In this document: one piece after another, positions 10,652 through 21,144 of the stretch
Numbering within the stretch: position 1 is the first letter of the stretch
How the letters are laid out: each line of letters begins with the position of its first letter
NCBI GenBank assembly: GCA_963820525.1
Contig: CAWGAA010000001.1
Location: 3,139,909-3,203,908, forward strand
Length of the DNA stretch: 64,000 bases
From: an uncultured Spirochaetota bacterium
GTDB lineage: Bacteria; Spirochaetota; Spirochaetia; SZUA-6; Fen-1364
Direction: 5' to 3'
The notes under the pieces: model-generated
The model's database searches: none
What the model saw: the letters and a program-made list of their open reading frames with translations, nothing else
Told to the model about the DNA's origin: nothing
Made by a program: the position numbers and the translations under genes

Positions 10652-12871
10652 TCACAGGAGCCTCCTGACAGCCTCGAGAAGGTTGCCCTGGTCGAAGCTG
10701 CTCTTCACGATGTACGCATTGGCGCCCGCGTCGATTCCCCGTTCCCGGTCTTCGCGGGACTCCAGAGCCGTCACGAGCACGATGGGAATCTCCGCCAGTT
10801 TCTTGTCCGCGCGGATCTTCGAGGTCAGATCGAAGCCGTTCATCCTCGGCATCTGCACGTCCGAGACCACGATGTCGTACCCGCCGCTCCGCAGTTTGGT
10901 GAAGGCGTCGATACCGTCCACCGCGATGCCTACCTCGTATCCCGCCGTCTCCAAGATGTTTTTCAGGAGCATCCGCGAAGTGATGGAGTCCTCGACCACA
11001 AGAATATATTTCTTTCTCTCGGGCTTCTCTTCCACGAGCACGGCGCGGGGCTTTGGACCGGCTTCGCCCGCCCGCACGGCGCATTTCATCACGTCCGGGA
11101 CGAGGAGGACCGGCACGATTTTCCCCGTTCCCAGCACCGTGGCTCCGCCGACGTTCGGGACCCGCCGGAGGTGGCTGCCGAGATTCTTCACCAGCATATC
11201 CCCCTCGTCGATGACCTCATCGACGAGAACGGCGATGCGCTTTTCGGCGTGGGCAAGCACTACCGCCGTCACTTTCCCATTGGTTTCCTCCGGCGCGTTC
11301 CCGGGGATACCGAGAATTTCTTCCAGCCGGACCAGCGGAACGGCTTGCCCGCCCAACGAAAAGGTTTTCCTGTTCTCTACAGTCCGCATGTCTTCCCGAT
11401 TCAGCCGCACCACCCGTTCCACACCGGAGGTGGGGAAGGCGAAAAGACGCCCGCACGCCTGGACGAAGATACCGCGAAAAATGGCGAGGGTGAGGGGAAG
11501 AGTGATCCTGAAGATCGTCCCTCCGTGGGGACGCGCGTGTACGGATATCCCGCCGCCCAGCTTTTCGACCTTTTCCTGCGCGATGGCAAGGCCGATCCCC
11601 CTGCCCGATACTTCGGTGATCGTCGCGCTGGTGCTCACCCCCGATCGGAAAATCAAGTAAAACGCCTCCTCATCGCCGAGGCGCTCCGCTTCCTCCCGGG
11701 AGAGTATCCCCAATCTCGCGGCCGCGGACTTGACCTTCGCGACATCGATGCCCGTTCCGTCGTCTTCGACCAGAAGCTCGACATTACTGCCGTTCGTCTG
11801 TGAGATCGTGACCGTGATCGTCCCGCTGGATCTCTTTCCCCCGCGGCGCCGCTCCTCCGGCGTTTCAATCCCGTGATCGACGCAGTTTCTCACCAGGTGG
11901 ATGAGCGGGTCTTTCATCTCTTCCAGTATCCGCCTGTCGATCTCGATTTCCGCCCCGCGGATGACCAGCTCCGCCTCTTTGCCCTGATCCCTGGAAAGGT
12001 CGCGGACAAGCTTCGGAAGAATCTCAAGGAGCGTGGAAAAAGGCTGCATCGACATCTTTTTCATGTCCTCGAGAAGCGTATCCACCATTACGGCGACGGA
12101 TTGCCGGCTCCGTTCGACCTTTTTCAGAAGACCCGTGACCGCGGCTTCGATCGATGCGATGTGATTCCCGCTCCCCTCGAAAAACTCGAGGAGCTTCTCC
12201 AACTGCCGATCGGTTCTCCGGCCGCCGTTTCTTCCGGGAGCCGACCGGTGCGCCGCCCATTCTTTTTTCCACGATAAAAGCCGGCGCTGAAGCTCCCTCA
12301 GCTCCACGATCTGCTGATCCGTCGCCAGTCCGGCGGAGAGCAGCTCCTCCGCCTGGCGCAGCACGGCATTCAGCTTGGCCGTTGACACCCGCACCGTTTC
12401 CGGAGAGCGGAAGACATCCCTGGGGGAGGCTGCGTGAGATTCGGATTCCTCGGCCGGCTCGCCTTTCAGCAGCATTTCAAGGCTCCCGACGATCTCGGCG
12501 GTCGGTCGCCTCCGCGCCGCTTTCCGGTCATCTTCCGCTCCCGCCACGAGGCCCCGCAGTCCGTCCCCCGCCCCATGAAGCGCATCGAATAATCCGAGTG
12601 ACGGCGCTAGTTGCCGTCCTTTCAGCGCAGCCAGAACGCTCTCAAGCGACTGGCAGACCTTCTCGATATCGGTCCCGCCGACGGCCCGGGCGGCGCCCTT
12701 GAGGCTGTGCGCTTCGCGAACGAGATTTTCGAGCATCTCAGCCTTTTTTTCTGTGCCGGCGGTCTTTTCAAGAGCGATCAACCCGGCGGTGATGGCGTTC
12801 ACATGCTCGCCGGCTTCCACCCTGAACGTCGCGAGAAGCTTCTCCTGGAACTCCCGGTCCTTGCTGATCAC
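10652..12871 (-). CDS. cheA: CheA-type hybrid kinase (Hpt-dimerisation-HATPase-CheW-REC), WspE-like
   Basis: REAHSLKGAA Hpt motif, HLVRNCVDHGIE, SGRGIGL, CheW domain and C-terminal REC. Confidence 0.95.
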   Translation of the reverse strand: MISKDREFQEKLLATFRVEAGEHVNAITAGLIALEKTAGTEKKAEMLENLVREAHSLKGAARAVGGTDIEKVCQSLESVLAALKGRQLAPSLGLFDALHGAGDGLRGLVAGAEDDRKAARRRPTAEIVGSLEMLLKGEPAEESESHAASPRDVFRSPETVRVSTAKLNAVLRQAEELLSAGLATDQQIVELRELQRRLLSWKKEWAAHRSAPGRNGGRRTDRQLEKLLEFFEGSGNHIASIEAAVTGLLKKVERSRQSVAVMVDTLLEDMKKMSMQPFSTLLEILPKLVRDLSRDQGKEAELVIRGAEIEIDRRILEEMKDPLIHLVRNCVDHGIETPEERRRGGKRSSGTITVTISQTNGSNVELLVEDDGTGIDVAKVKSAAARLGILSREEAERLGDEEAFYLIFRSGVSTSATITEVSGRGIGLAIAQEKVEKLGGGISVHARPHGGTIFRITLPLTLAIFRGIFVQACGRLFAFPTSGVERVVRLNREDMRTVENRKTFSLGGQAVPLVRLEEILGIPGNAPEETNGKVTAVVLAHAEKRIAVLVDEVIDEGDMLVKNLGSHLRRVPNVGGATVLGTGKIVPVLLVPDVMKCAVRAGEAGPKPRAVLVEEKPERKKYILVVEDSITSRMLLKNILETAGYEVGIAVDGIDAFTKLRSGGYDIVVSDVQMPRMNGFDLTSKIRADKKLAEIPIVLVTALESREDRERGIDAGANAYIVKSSFDQGNLLEAVRRLL

Positions 12872-12886
12872 CGCTTTCTTCTCCCG

Positions 12887-14530
12887 TCAGGCCTGGACCT
12901 TGTATCGCTCGACGAGCCGCTTCAGATTCTGGCCGAGGTCATGCAGGCCCCGCGCCGCCCCCTCCGCCTGCCTGGTGCTGGCCGCGTTCTGCGCGCTGGC
13001 CTGCTTGATACTCTCCATGGCGGAGGCGAGCTGATCCATGCCCGCCTGCTGCTGCTGGCTGGAGGCCGCGACCTGGATGGCGGCCTGCGCCGACTCCGCT
13101 ATGGTGTCCGCCAGCATCTGGATGGATTCGCCAGCTCGCGAGGCCTGCTCGGAGCCGGCCTCGACTATCTTGCTCCCCTGCTCGGTGGCCATCACGGCGG
13201 CGCTGATCGCTTTCTGCACATCGTTCAGGATCGATCGGACCTGAGAGGATGCCTGCTTCGACTGCACTGATAGATTTTTCACTTCCTGCGCCACCACAAG
13301 GAAGCCCTTGCCCTGCTCGCCCGCCTTGGAGGCTTCGATACTGGCATTGACGGAGAGGAGATTTACCTGGCCGGCGAGGTCGGCGACGGTACCCGCGATC
13401 TCCGCGATCGCCTGGCTCTGCTCGCTCAGGCGCACGATGTTCTCGGCGATCGATTCCACCTGGTCCTTGATGCGGCTCATCCCCTCGATGGCATCCCCCA
13501 CCGCCTTTTTCCCGGCCTGTGAAATCTGCACGGCCTTCTGCGCGCTGTCGGACACGTGCTTCGCTTTCTGGCCGGAGAGCTGCGCCGTCTGGCGCACTTC
13601 TTCGACGGTGGCCGTCGTCTGGCTTACGGCAGCCGCGGTTTCCGTGGCCCCCGTCCCGACCTGCGTCGCGGTCGCGAGAATTTCATTCGCGGAAGAGGCG
13701 AGAACGTTTACCCCTTCTCCGATCTCCCCGTTCAAATCCCGGAGGTTCGCCACCATCGCGCGGAAGGTGCCTGCCAGGACGCCGACCTCGTCCTTTCGAT
13801 CGTCCTTGGAAATGTCCCCGGTCAGGTCGCCTGACGCGATTCTTTCCGCCGCACGGGATATCTCTTTCAACGGAGAGGAGATCATCCGATTCAATATCAA
13901 CGCTATCGCGATTCCCAGCACGATCGCGGCAATACCCACGATCACGAATATGAGAATCGACTGATTCGCCACCTGCAGGGAATCGGCGAGGGCCGTCTGA
14001 GCGTCGTTTTTCTCCTGGCTAACCAACTCGTCGGCAAATGAATTGATTTTTTGATTCCGCTCGGCCTGAATACCGGTGACCAATGTATTTGCCTCTTCGA
14101 TCTTTCCCGCCAGAATGAGAGGCACGACTTGTTTATTCCTCGTCTCTACAAAAGCTTTCTGGAGGGTGTCGAGCTCCTTTATTTTTGCGAGGCGCTCCGC
14201 GTTGTTTTTCTCGCGCTCCAAGAGATCCTGCATAAGCCCGTTGATGGTTTTGATTCGATCGTCGCTGTCTTTCAGCGAAGATTCCTGGGCGGGTCGATCG
14301 GTGACCAGCAGTTCCGTCGCCGCGTTCAACCGGATCTTGGTCTGGTTGAACTGAACCTCCATGATGTCAACTACTCTCGCGAAGTCCTCTTCGAATAATT
14401 GTTTCTGGTTCTCCCGGATTGTTGTGATCCCTCGGTAGGCCACGGCCGTGACCAGCGCTAAAAGCACGACCATCAGCCCAAACCCGAGAAACAGCTTGGT
14501 CCGCATGGCAAGATTAATAAACCATTTCAT
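12887..14530 (-). CDS. Methyl-accepting chemotaxis protein (TM, four-helix ligand domain, TM, HAMP, signalling domain), WspA-like
   Basis: Two TM segments, HAMP (RKDEVGVL), hairpin tip NLLSVNASIEASKAGEQGKGFLVVA. Confidence 0.95.
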   Translation of the reverse strand: MKWFINLAMRTKLFLGFGLMVVLLALVTAVAYRGITTIRENQKQLFEEDFARVVDIMEVQFNQTKIRLNAATELLVTDRPAQESSLKDSDDRIKTINGLMQDLLEREKNNAERLAKIKELDTLQKAFVETRNKQVVPLILAGKIEEANTLVTGIQAERNQKINSFADELVSQEKNDAQTALADSLQVANQSILIFVIVGIAAIVLGIAIALILNRMISSPLKEISRAAERIASGDLTGDISKDDRKDEVGVLAGTFRAMVANLRDLNGEIGEGVNVLASSANEILATATQVGTGATETAAAVSQTTATVEEVRQTAQLSGQKAKHVSDSAQKAVQISQAGKKAVGDAIEGMSRIKDQVESIAENIVRLSEQSQAIAEIAGTVADLAGQVNLLSVNASIEASKAGEQGKGFLVVAQEVKNLSVQSKQASSQVRSILNDVQKAISAAVMATEQGSKIVEAGSEQASRAGESIQMLADTIAESAQAAIQVAASSQQQQAGMDQLASAMESIKQASAQNAASTRQAEGAARGLHDLGQNLKRLVERYKVQA

Positions 14531-14557
14531 GGAATCCGCCTCCTCTCCTGGTCCTGT

Positions 14558-15196
14558 TCACGATTCATCCTTTTCGCGCACGATGATCCTCGGGTCGGAG
14601 AGCATCTTTCCGGCGTCAAGGACTATGAGGGCCTCTTTCGTCACTCCCCGGAGATACTCCGCCCGGATACCGGCAAGGGTGGGAAGGGGAGGCCCGATCT
14701 CATCCTGGAAAATCGAGCGCATGCCCGTCACTTCATCCGCGAGTATCCCGAGCTCCATGTCCCCCCCGCGGACGATGATGACCTGGTGGAGATCGGTGAG
14801 CCCTTTTTCCGGAAGATCGAAGAGCCTCCTGATGTCCACCACCGAAAGGATCCGCCCGCGCACGGTGACGATACCGGAAACGAACGGAGGTGTGCCCGGC
14901 AGCGGGGTGAGGTCCACCAGGGGGAAGACCTCGACGACGAAAGCGGCTTCTATGGCATAGGTTTCGTCCGCGAGCCTGAACTCCACGACGTCGATCCGCT
15001 GCCGAGCCATATCCTGCCGCTCCGGAACCCGCGCCAGGGCCTTTGCCCGCTCCCTCAAGATGATCCTTTTCTCCTCGGGGGACGCGCTCGATCCCCGATC
15101 GATGGTCTGCCGCGCGGAGTCGAGCCGCCCATGGATCCGGCTCCAATCGATCGAAGCCGATTTTGACTTATCGGACCTCCCCCCGGGCTCTTTCAT
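14558..15196 (-). CDS. cheW: CheW-domain coupling protein with N-terminal extension (WspD-like)
   Basis: VVEFRLADETYAI...LPGTPPFVSGIVTVRGRILSVVD; ATGA overlap with the CheR stop. Confidence 0.9.
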   Translation of the reverse strand: MKEPGGRSDKSKSASIDWSRIHGRLDSARQTIDRGSSASPEEKRIILRERAKALARVPERQDMARQRIDVVEFRLADETYAIEAAFVVEVFPLVDLTPLPGTPPFVSGIVTVRGRILSVVDIRRLFDLPEKGLTDLHQVIIVRGGDMELGILADEVTGMRSIFQDEIGPPLPTLAGIRAEYLRGVTKEALIVLDAGKMLSDPRIIVREKDES

Positions 15197-16620
15197 GCCT
15201 CTCCCTTGCATTCCAGCGTCGATTCCACGATCTCCTTGAGCCTCGCGGCGGACATTCCTCCCGACATCGGCACGACTTCGTCCCGTGTGTATGCCCCCAG
15301 GATAGATAGGGCGATCTTGAAATGCTTGACCGCTTCCTTCTGCTTTCCTATTTGCTTTTCGAGGCTTCCGAGGCTGAAGTGTGCCGGCGCGAAATTTTGG
15401 TCGAGATAAAGCGCCCGTTTCAGAGAGACGATCGCCTCATCCACCTTCCCCTGTTCCTGGAGGATCATCGCGCGAAGGTAATGCAGTCCCGGGTCGAGTC
15501 TGTCCACCGCCACGGCTTTCTCGCACCACTCCTGCGCTTCCGCGAGCATCCCCTGATTCGCACATGCCCGCGCCAAGAGGGCCATTGACTCTACCGGTTT
15601 TTTGCCGCCGGCCCCATCTCCTTCCCCGGGTTGTGGCGCCGGCGGGAGGGGATTCTCTCGCGTCGATTCCGGCACGGCTTCCCGTGACAGCTCTTCTGCA
15701 CACTCCGGCGTCTCTCCTTCAAGCGAATCCACGGAAAGCACATGTTGGATCGGCACTTCGACTGGTCTCGACCCGTCCTCTCTCCTGTAGAGGATTGTTC
15801 CATTTTCAGTCTTCATTATGAACTTCCGAAAAAAAACCTGAGAGGCCTCACCTGGACTTACGAAGAGCCATCCCCCATCTATAAGGGCCTGGTGGAAGTT
15901 TTTCACGACCTTCCTCATGCGGTCCGGGACAAAGTACATCAATACGTTACGGCAGAAGATGAGATCCATGGCGTTTGTGCCGTTGACAAGAGAGGGGTAT
16001 ATATCTTCGGCCAGGTTCATATAGGCAAAGCGCACCATCTCCATGATCTTGGGGCTCAGTTGGAAGAGACCGCCCTCTGTTTTCGAGAAATACTCCTCAC
16101 GGATCCATGCCGGGCAGCCCCGGAAAGACCATTCACCGTATCGGCCTTTCGATGCTTTCTTGAGAAACCGGGGATTAACGTCCGTCGCCAGTATCGAGAG
16201 GTTCCAATTCTTCTGATCGCGAATGACGCGGCTGACCGCGATGGCGATGGAATACGCTTCCTCCCCGGTACAGCATCCCGCGCTCCAGATCCTGAGGCGT
16301 TTTTCTGATTTTTCCTTCCTGCGGATCAACTCCGGAAGGACCCGTTCTTCAAGAACCTTAAAAACCCTGCTATCCCTGTAGAAATAGGTTTCCCCGACGG
16401 TGAGGTGGCTTGCCAGAATCTCAATCTCGTTCCGAGACAGCGACGAGGAAAGGAGCCGTTGGATGAAAAGCCCACACTGCGGGAAATCCAGATCGGGAGA
16501 GGCGGAAAGGATTCCACGTTCGAGATCGGCCCATCGCTCTCGCGGAAAGCTCAAACCCAATCGATCGGCCACGAGCCGACTGAGCTGCACGAGCTGCGGC
16601 TCTGAAATGGTCCACGTCAT
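15193..16620 (-). CDS. cheR: CheR methyltransferase with C-terminal TPRs (WspC-like)
   Basis: GETYFYRD, IWSAGCCTGEEAYS and IFCRNVLMYF motifs; TPR repeats at the C-terminus. Confidence 0.94.
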   Translation of the reverse strand: MTWTISEPQLVQLSRLVADRLGLSFPRERWADLERGILSASPDLDFPQCGLFIQRLLSSSLSRNEIEILASHLTVGETYFYRDSRVFKVLEERVLPELIRRKEKSEKRLRIWSAGCCTGEEAYSIAIAVSRVIRDQKNWNLSILATDVNPRFLKKASKGRYGEWSFRGCPAWIREEYFSKTEGGLFQLSPKIMEMVRFAYMNLAEDIYPSLVNGTNAMDLIFCRNVLMYFVPDRMRKVVKNFHQALIDGGWLFVSPGEASQVFFRKFIMKTENGTILYRREDGSRPVEVPIQHVLSVDSLEGETPECAEELSREAVPESTRENPLPPAPQPGEGDGAGGKKPVESMALLARACANQGMLAEAQEWCEKAVAVDRLDPGLHYLRAMILQEQGKVDEAIVSLKRALYLDQNFAPAHFSLGSLEKQIGKQKEAVKHFKIALSILGAYTRDEVVPMSGGMSAARLKEIVESTLECKGEA

Positions 16621-17099
16621 GGCTCGACCACCAGGGGCTTTTCCATCGCAACATCCAAAGCATTTTCTTCGTCGATTGAGAGAAACAGGTCCAGATCGTG
16701 GATGAGGATCATGCCGTCTTCCCGCTTGACCACCCCCTCGATGTACTTGATCCCGGGGAGGATCCCCTCCGGGTTGACGACTTCTCCAGCCGTTTGCTCC
16801 ACAATGCCGGAAGCTTCATCGACGATAAGCCCGACCGTCCTCCGTGAGGTGTTCGCGATGACCAGATGATCGTTCGGGTCAGGATCGCGCTCTTCGAGGC
16901 CGAAGCGCTTTCGGATGTTGAAGACGGGGATGATCCGCCCCTGAAGGTTCACGATTCCCATGACGATGGGTGGAGCCTTCGGCAGGGGCGTGATCTCCAC
17001 CATCTGTACGACTCTTTCGACAACGGAAAGGCGCAGGCCGTAACGGCGATCGCCCAGAAGGAACACGACAACCTGGCCCGCTACGAAGCCTGTTTTCAC
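16617..17099 (-). CDS. cheW: CheW-domain coupling protein (WspB-like)
   Basis: ITPLPKAPPIVMGIVNLQGRIIPV; GTG start at 17099 overlaps the upstream stop (GTGA). Confidence 0.9.
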   Translation of the reverse strand: MKTGFVAGQVVVFLLGDRRYGLRLSVVERVVQMVEITPLPKAPPIVMGIVNLQGRIIPVFNIRKRFGLEERDPDPNDHLVIANTSRRTVGLIVDEASGIVEQTAGEVVNPEGILPGIKYIEGVVKREDGMILIHDLDLFLSIDEENALDVAMEKPLVVEP

Positions 17100-17455
17100 G
17101 GACCCATCCCTGCAAGCGCCGCGATGAGGGCGTCCTGATCCCGCGCTTTGTCGAAAAAGTACATGGCTCCCGCGGCCATGCATTTCTGCCGGTACAGTGG
17201 GGAAGCGGCGCTGGCGAGCGCGATGATAATCGGCGCCGGCGTATAGGCCGACAGCCGGTGAATGAGATTCAGCCCTCCTCCATGCCGCAATTGCACATCC
17301 ACGATGACGACGTCCGGCTTGTTCAGAAGTATGTTCTCAAAAGCTTCCCCGCCTTCGTTGCCCCCCATAGCCACCTCGAAGCCGGGAAGCTCCGAGATGA
17401 TTCCGGTGAGCCGATCGCGCACGGCGTTCGGGTCGTGAACGAGGAAAACCTTCAT
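17096..17455 (-). CDS. Single-domain response regulator
   Basis: 119-aa REC fold (PDVVIVDVQ...GAMYFFDK). Confidence 0.85.
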   Translation of the reverse strand: MKVFLVHDPNAVRDRLTGIISELPGFEVAMGGNEGGEAFENILLNKPDVVIVDVQLRHGGGLNLIHRLSAYTPAPIIIALASAASPLYRQKCMAAGAMYFFDKARDQDALIAALAGMGP

Positions 17456-17595
17456 GAAATATCCCCCGCCCGCACTTCTTAATAGCGGCGTAAAACCGGT
17501 TTCACGTTACTCGGGGGAACGGAGGAAAGATATCGGATCAGTGCTGAACGACGTGTAGTAGGATCGGACGCAGTGGTGTCGGAGGGAGTCCTACA

Positions 17596-18228
17596 TCATT
17601 CGACGAGCTTGTGCTGGATCGCGTATCGTATGAGAAGGGCATTGGAGTTCATACGCATTTTTTCCAGTATCCGTGTCCGGTAGGTGCTGACTGTCTTGAC
17701 GCTCAAGGACAGCTCGCGCGCAATGTCGGTCACGGTCTTCCCGGAGCCGAGGAGAAGAAAGACCTGGAGCTCGCGATCGGAAAGGCTCTCGTGGGGAAGA
17801 CGATCCGTGTCCTGTTCGACGTAGCTCGCGAGCCTCTCCGCGACCGATGGCGTGATATAGCGCCTGCCCGCGGCCACCGCCTGGATGGCATGCACAAGCT
17901 CTTCCGTTGCATTCGCCTTGGTGAGGTAGGCGGAGGCGCCGTCTCGCAGGCTGCGGATGGCATATTGCTCCTCCGGGTACATGCTGAGGATGATGATCTT
18001 CGCGGAAGGCCGTGCCGACTTGAGGTCCTTCAGGATATCCAGCCCTCCCCTGCCGGGCATGGCGATGTCGACGATCGCGATGTCGTAGCTGAGCTTTCGT
18101 GCAAGCGCGACGGCTTCCTCTCCATTTGCGGCCTCTCCCGCCACGACCATTCCCGGGCTCTCCGAGACGATCTGCTTCAAGCCCCGGCGCACGATCGCAT
18201 GGTCGTCCGCGATGAGGATCCGTATCAT
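17596..18228 (-). CDS. NarL/FixJ-family response regulator (REC + LuxR HTH)
   Basis: ADDHAIVRRGL REC start; LSDRELQV...LSVKTVSTYR HTH. Confidence 0.95.
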   Translation of the reverse strand: MIRILIADDHAIVRRGLKQIVSESPGMVVAGEAANGEEAVALARKLSYDIAIVDIAMPGRGGLDILKDLKSARPSAKIIILSMYPEEQYAIRSLRDGASAYLTKANATEELVHAIQAVAAGRRYITPSVAERLASYVEQDTDRLPHESLSDRELQVFLLLGSGKTVTDIARELSLSVKTVSTYRTRILEKMRMNSNALLIRYAIQHKLVE

Positions 18229-20894
18229 GCCAGCCCGCCTTCAGCGGGGAGGGGGATGGTCGCGTGAACGGTCGTTCCCTTTCCCTCCTGCCCCCGGACC
18301 GTCAGCTGCCCGCGCAGGCCTTCGACGCGCTCGCGCATTCCTATCAAGCCGAAGGAGGTCGAGGCCGCGGCCTGCTCCATGGTGATCCCGATGCCGTCGT
18401 CTTCTATGGTGACTTCAAGGCGCCCGCCGGATTCCCGTATAAGAATCGATGCGTGGGAGGCGCCTGAATGCTGGCCGATGTTGCTCAAGGCTTCCTGTAC
18501 GATACGGAACAAAGTGGTGGTACTGTTCCCCCCTATTCGGAACTCGGGTATGGTGACCGTCGCATCGCAGGAGATGCCGGTGCGCTGGGAGAACTCGGCT
18601 CCCAGCCACTCGATTGCCGTGGCGAGCCCCAGATCGTCCAGCATCCCCGGGCGAAGATTCGAGGAGATGCGATGGACGATGTCGATCGCTTGATCGACGA
18701 GCCCCAGGGTCCCCTCGATCTTTTCGAGCACGTTATGGCCGGAGGATCCGAGCTGCTTCTCGATCCAGCGCAGGTCCATCTTGAGCGCGGTGAGCAGCTG
18801 CCCCAGCTCGTCATGGATTTCCCTCGCCACGCTCTTGCGCTCCGCTTCCCTGACGGAAAGCAGGTGCGTGGCGAGGTTGCGGAGCCTGGCATGGGAATCG
18901 CCGAGCTTCTGCTCGAATTCCTTCTGGGCGCTGATGTCGGCGATAAAGCCGACAGAGGCCGGACCATCCGCGAGATCCAATACCGTGACCGCGGCCCTGA
19001 TCGGAAACTCGGTGCCGTCCTTACGCAGTCCCACGCTCTCGTACTCCGTTTCCGCCGGAAGTCCACGGCTGCGTCGAAGCGCGCGCTCCATCGCTTCCTC
19101 GCGGAGACGCGGAGCGATTTGATCGGCAATCGGTCGGCCGATGAGCTCTCCGGCATCCTCGAACCCGAACATCCGTTGAAAAGCGCAGTTGGCATAGACA
19201 ATACTGCCTTGCCGTGAGATGCCTATGGCGACGGGTGCTTTTTCAATGAGCGTGCGAAACCGGGCTTCGCTTTCGTGGAGGGCTGCCTCGGCTTCCCGAC
19301 GCTCGGTGACGTCCATGTATGAAACCTGAAGGGCGGGTTTGGAATTGAACGTCGTAAGCGATGCCAGGACTTCCACCCAGTGCGCCTCCCCCTTTTTATT
19401 CAGTATCCGGATCTGCTGGCCGGGCAGCGGGCCTCTCCCCCCAAGGATCTCTCTCATGCCGGTCATTACCCGGTCGCGATCCTCAGGATGCACCGTGGCG
19501 GCGACCTCTTCCGCAGACATGCGATAGCTCTCTTCCCTCGTGTATCCGCTCATCCGGGCGAGCGCCTCGTTGCAGAAAACGATCCGGCCTTCCTGCATGA
19601 TCGCGAAACCTTGAATCGAGTTCTCCACGAGGGAACGGTATGCCTCCTCGATCGTTCGCTGCTCGGTGACGTCCACGACGGTCGCAAGCGCGCCGGTGAT
19701 GCTTCCTTCCGCATCCCGCAAAGGACTGGCCGACAACTCGGTGTAGACACACGTGCCATCCCCGCGCCGAAATGTGAACTCGTGGTGCTCGCTTATTCCT
19801 TTCAGTCGAAGTTCCAAATACATCCGCGCCCGCGGCTTATTCTCTTCGCTCATGAAATCGAAGAACGGCTTCCCGATCATCTCTTCCACGGGATACTTCA
19901 GCATCCGGGCGAGAGAGGGATTGACGAAGGTCGTGACGCCCCGCGCGTCGATTGCCCAGATCCCTTCCTGGATGGATTCCAGAAGCGTCTGGTATCTCCT
20001 TTGGCTTTCGCGCAGCGCCTCCCAGGCCCGCTTCTCCTCCGTGATGTCCCTCACCGTTCCCACGATCTCCAAGAGACGGCCCTTCGCGGAAACCCTTACC
20101 GCCGTGATCAAATGGAAGACACGAGAGCTCCCATCGGGCCGGGTAATCGTCGCGAGGGTATCCATGTTTTCGCGCACTTTTGCCGCGGCAAAAGCGGCCG
20201 CGCACAGCCGCTCCCATTCGCCGTGAGGGATGAGAGAGCGGATTTGCGGCAATGAGATCACACCGGTTGGGCGATCGATCTCGAGCAGGCGGCAGGCTTC
20301 CTCCGAAAGCGTGACGGCCTCCGTTTCGAAATCGAACCGAAAGCTTTCCGTGTGCCCCAACGACTGGGCTTCTTTGAGATATACTTCGCTGGAGCGCAGG
20401 CGCTCCTCCATCCGCCTGCTTTCCGTCACATCCGTCGCAAAAACTCTACAGCATCCTTTCGCGGCGGGACTGAGAACGACATGGACCCATCGAGTTATTC
20501 CGGCGGATATGAGGATGGGAAGATCGCCGATTCCATTTCCCGACCCGGCGAACGAGCTGTCCAGGAGCTCTCTGAACTCCGGTATCCCCCCCGGAGCCAG
20601 GAACGCCTGGAACCGGCCGCCGACGAGCGTCGCGCGAGGGATGTCCAACAGGGAAGCCGCGGCGAAGTTCGCCTGGAGGACCTTTCCTTTCACGTCGAGC
20701 GTGAGGTACCCTACAGGAGCGGAGTCATACATCTCCGAGTACAGATCGCGCGCCTCTTTGGCCTCCGCGACCGCCCGCCGCAACTCATCCTTCTGCATCT
20801 TCAGCTTGACCTTGGCTGCCTCGAGCTCGTGCGCAGGCTTTCCCGCGTCTAGGTCGCCTGGCTTCCTGTCAGGTCTGGACTTTTTCCTTTTCAT
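18225..20894 (-). CDS. Multi-PAS sensor histidine kinase (HisKA_3/NarX-type)
   Basis: Several PAS/PAC repeats; AREIHDELGQ H-box, QEALSN, DDGIG, FGLIGMRER. Coupled to the NarL-type regulator. Confidence 0.93.
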   Translation of the reverse strand: MKRKKSRPDRKPGDLDAGKPAHELEAAKVKLKMQKDELRRAVAEAKEARDLYSEMYDSAPVGYLTLDVKGKVLQANFAAASLLDIPRATLVGGRFQAFLAPGGIPEFRELLDSSFAGSGNGIGDLPILISAGITRWVHVVLSPAAKGCCRVFATDVTESRRMEERLRSSEVYLKEAQSLGHTESFRFDFETEAVTLSEEACRLLEIDRPTGVISLPQIRSLIPHGEWERLCAAAFAAAKVRENMDTLATITRPDGSSRVFHLITAVRVSAKGRLLEIVGTVRDITEEKRAWEALRESQRRYQTLLESIQEGIWAIDARGVTTFVNPSLARMLKYPVEEMIGKPFFDFMSEENKPRARMYLELRLKGISEHHEFTFRRGDGTCVYTELSASPLRDAEGSITGALATVVDVTEQRTIEEAYRSLVENSIQGFAIMQEGRIVFCNEALARMSGYTREESYRMSAEEVAATVHPEDRDRVMTGMREILGGRGPLPGQQIRILNKKGEAHWVEVLASLTTFNSKPALQVSYMDVTERREAEAALHESEARFRTLIEKAPVAIGISRQGSIVYANCAFQRMFGFEDAGELIGRPIADQIAPRLREEAMERALRRSRGLPAETEYESVGLRKDGTEFPIRAAVTVLDLADGPASVGFIADISAQKEFEQKLGDSHARLRNLATHLLSVREAERKSVAREIHDELGQLLTALKMDLRWIEKQLGSSGHNVLEKIEGTLGLVDQAIDIVHRISSNLRPGMLDDLGLATAIEWLGAEFSQRTGISCDATVTIPEFRIGGNSTTTLFRIVQEALSNIGQHSGASHASILIRESGGRLEVTIEDDGIGITMEQAAASTSFGLIGMRERVEGLRGQLTVRGQEGKGTTVHATIPLPAEGGLA

Positions 20895-21144
20895 TCTCCG
20901 CCTCCATCTCCACCCTCTGTACGACTTTTTCGACAGCGGAAAGGCGCAGGACATAGCATCGATCGTCGAGAAGGAAAACGAAAAGCGTGTCGAACTTTCT
21001 CATCACAACACCTACCTCCTTATGGATGTATGTGTTGGAATTTTATTTTTATATCACAGAGATATAATTAAGAATAAGTACCTTGCCTCCTTCTTAAAGT
21101 ATATCAAAATCCATCAGGTTATCAAGAGATTAACCGGAGATCGA

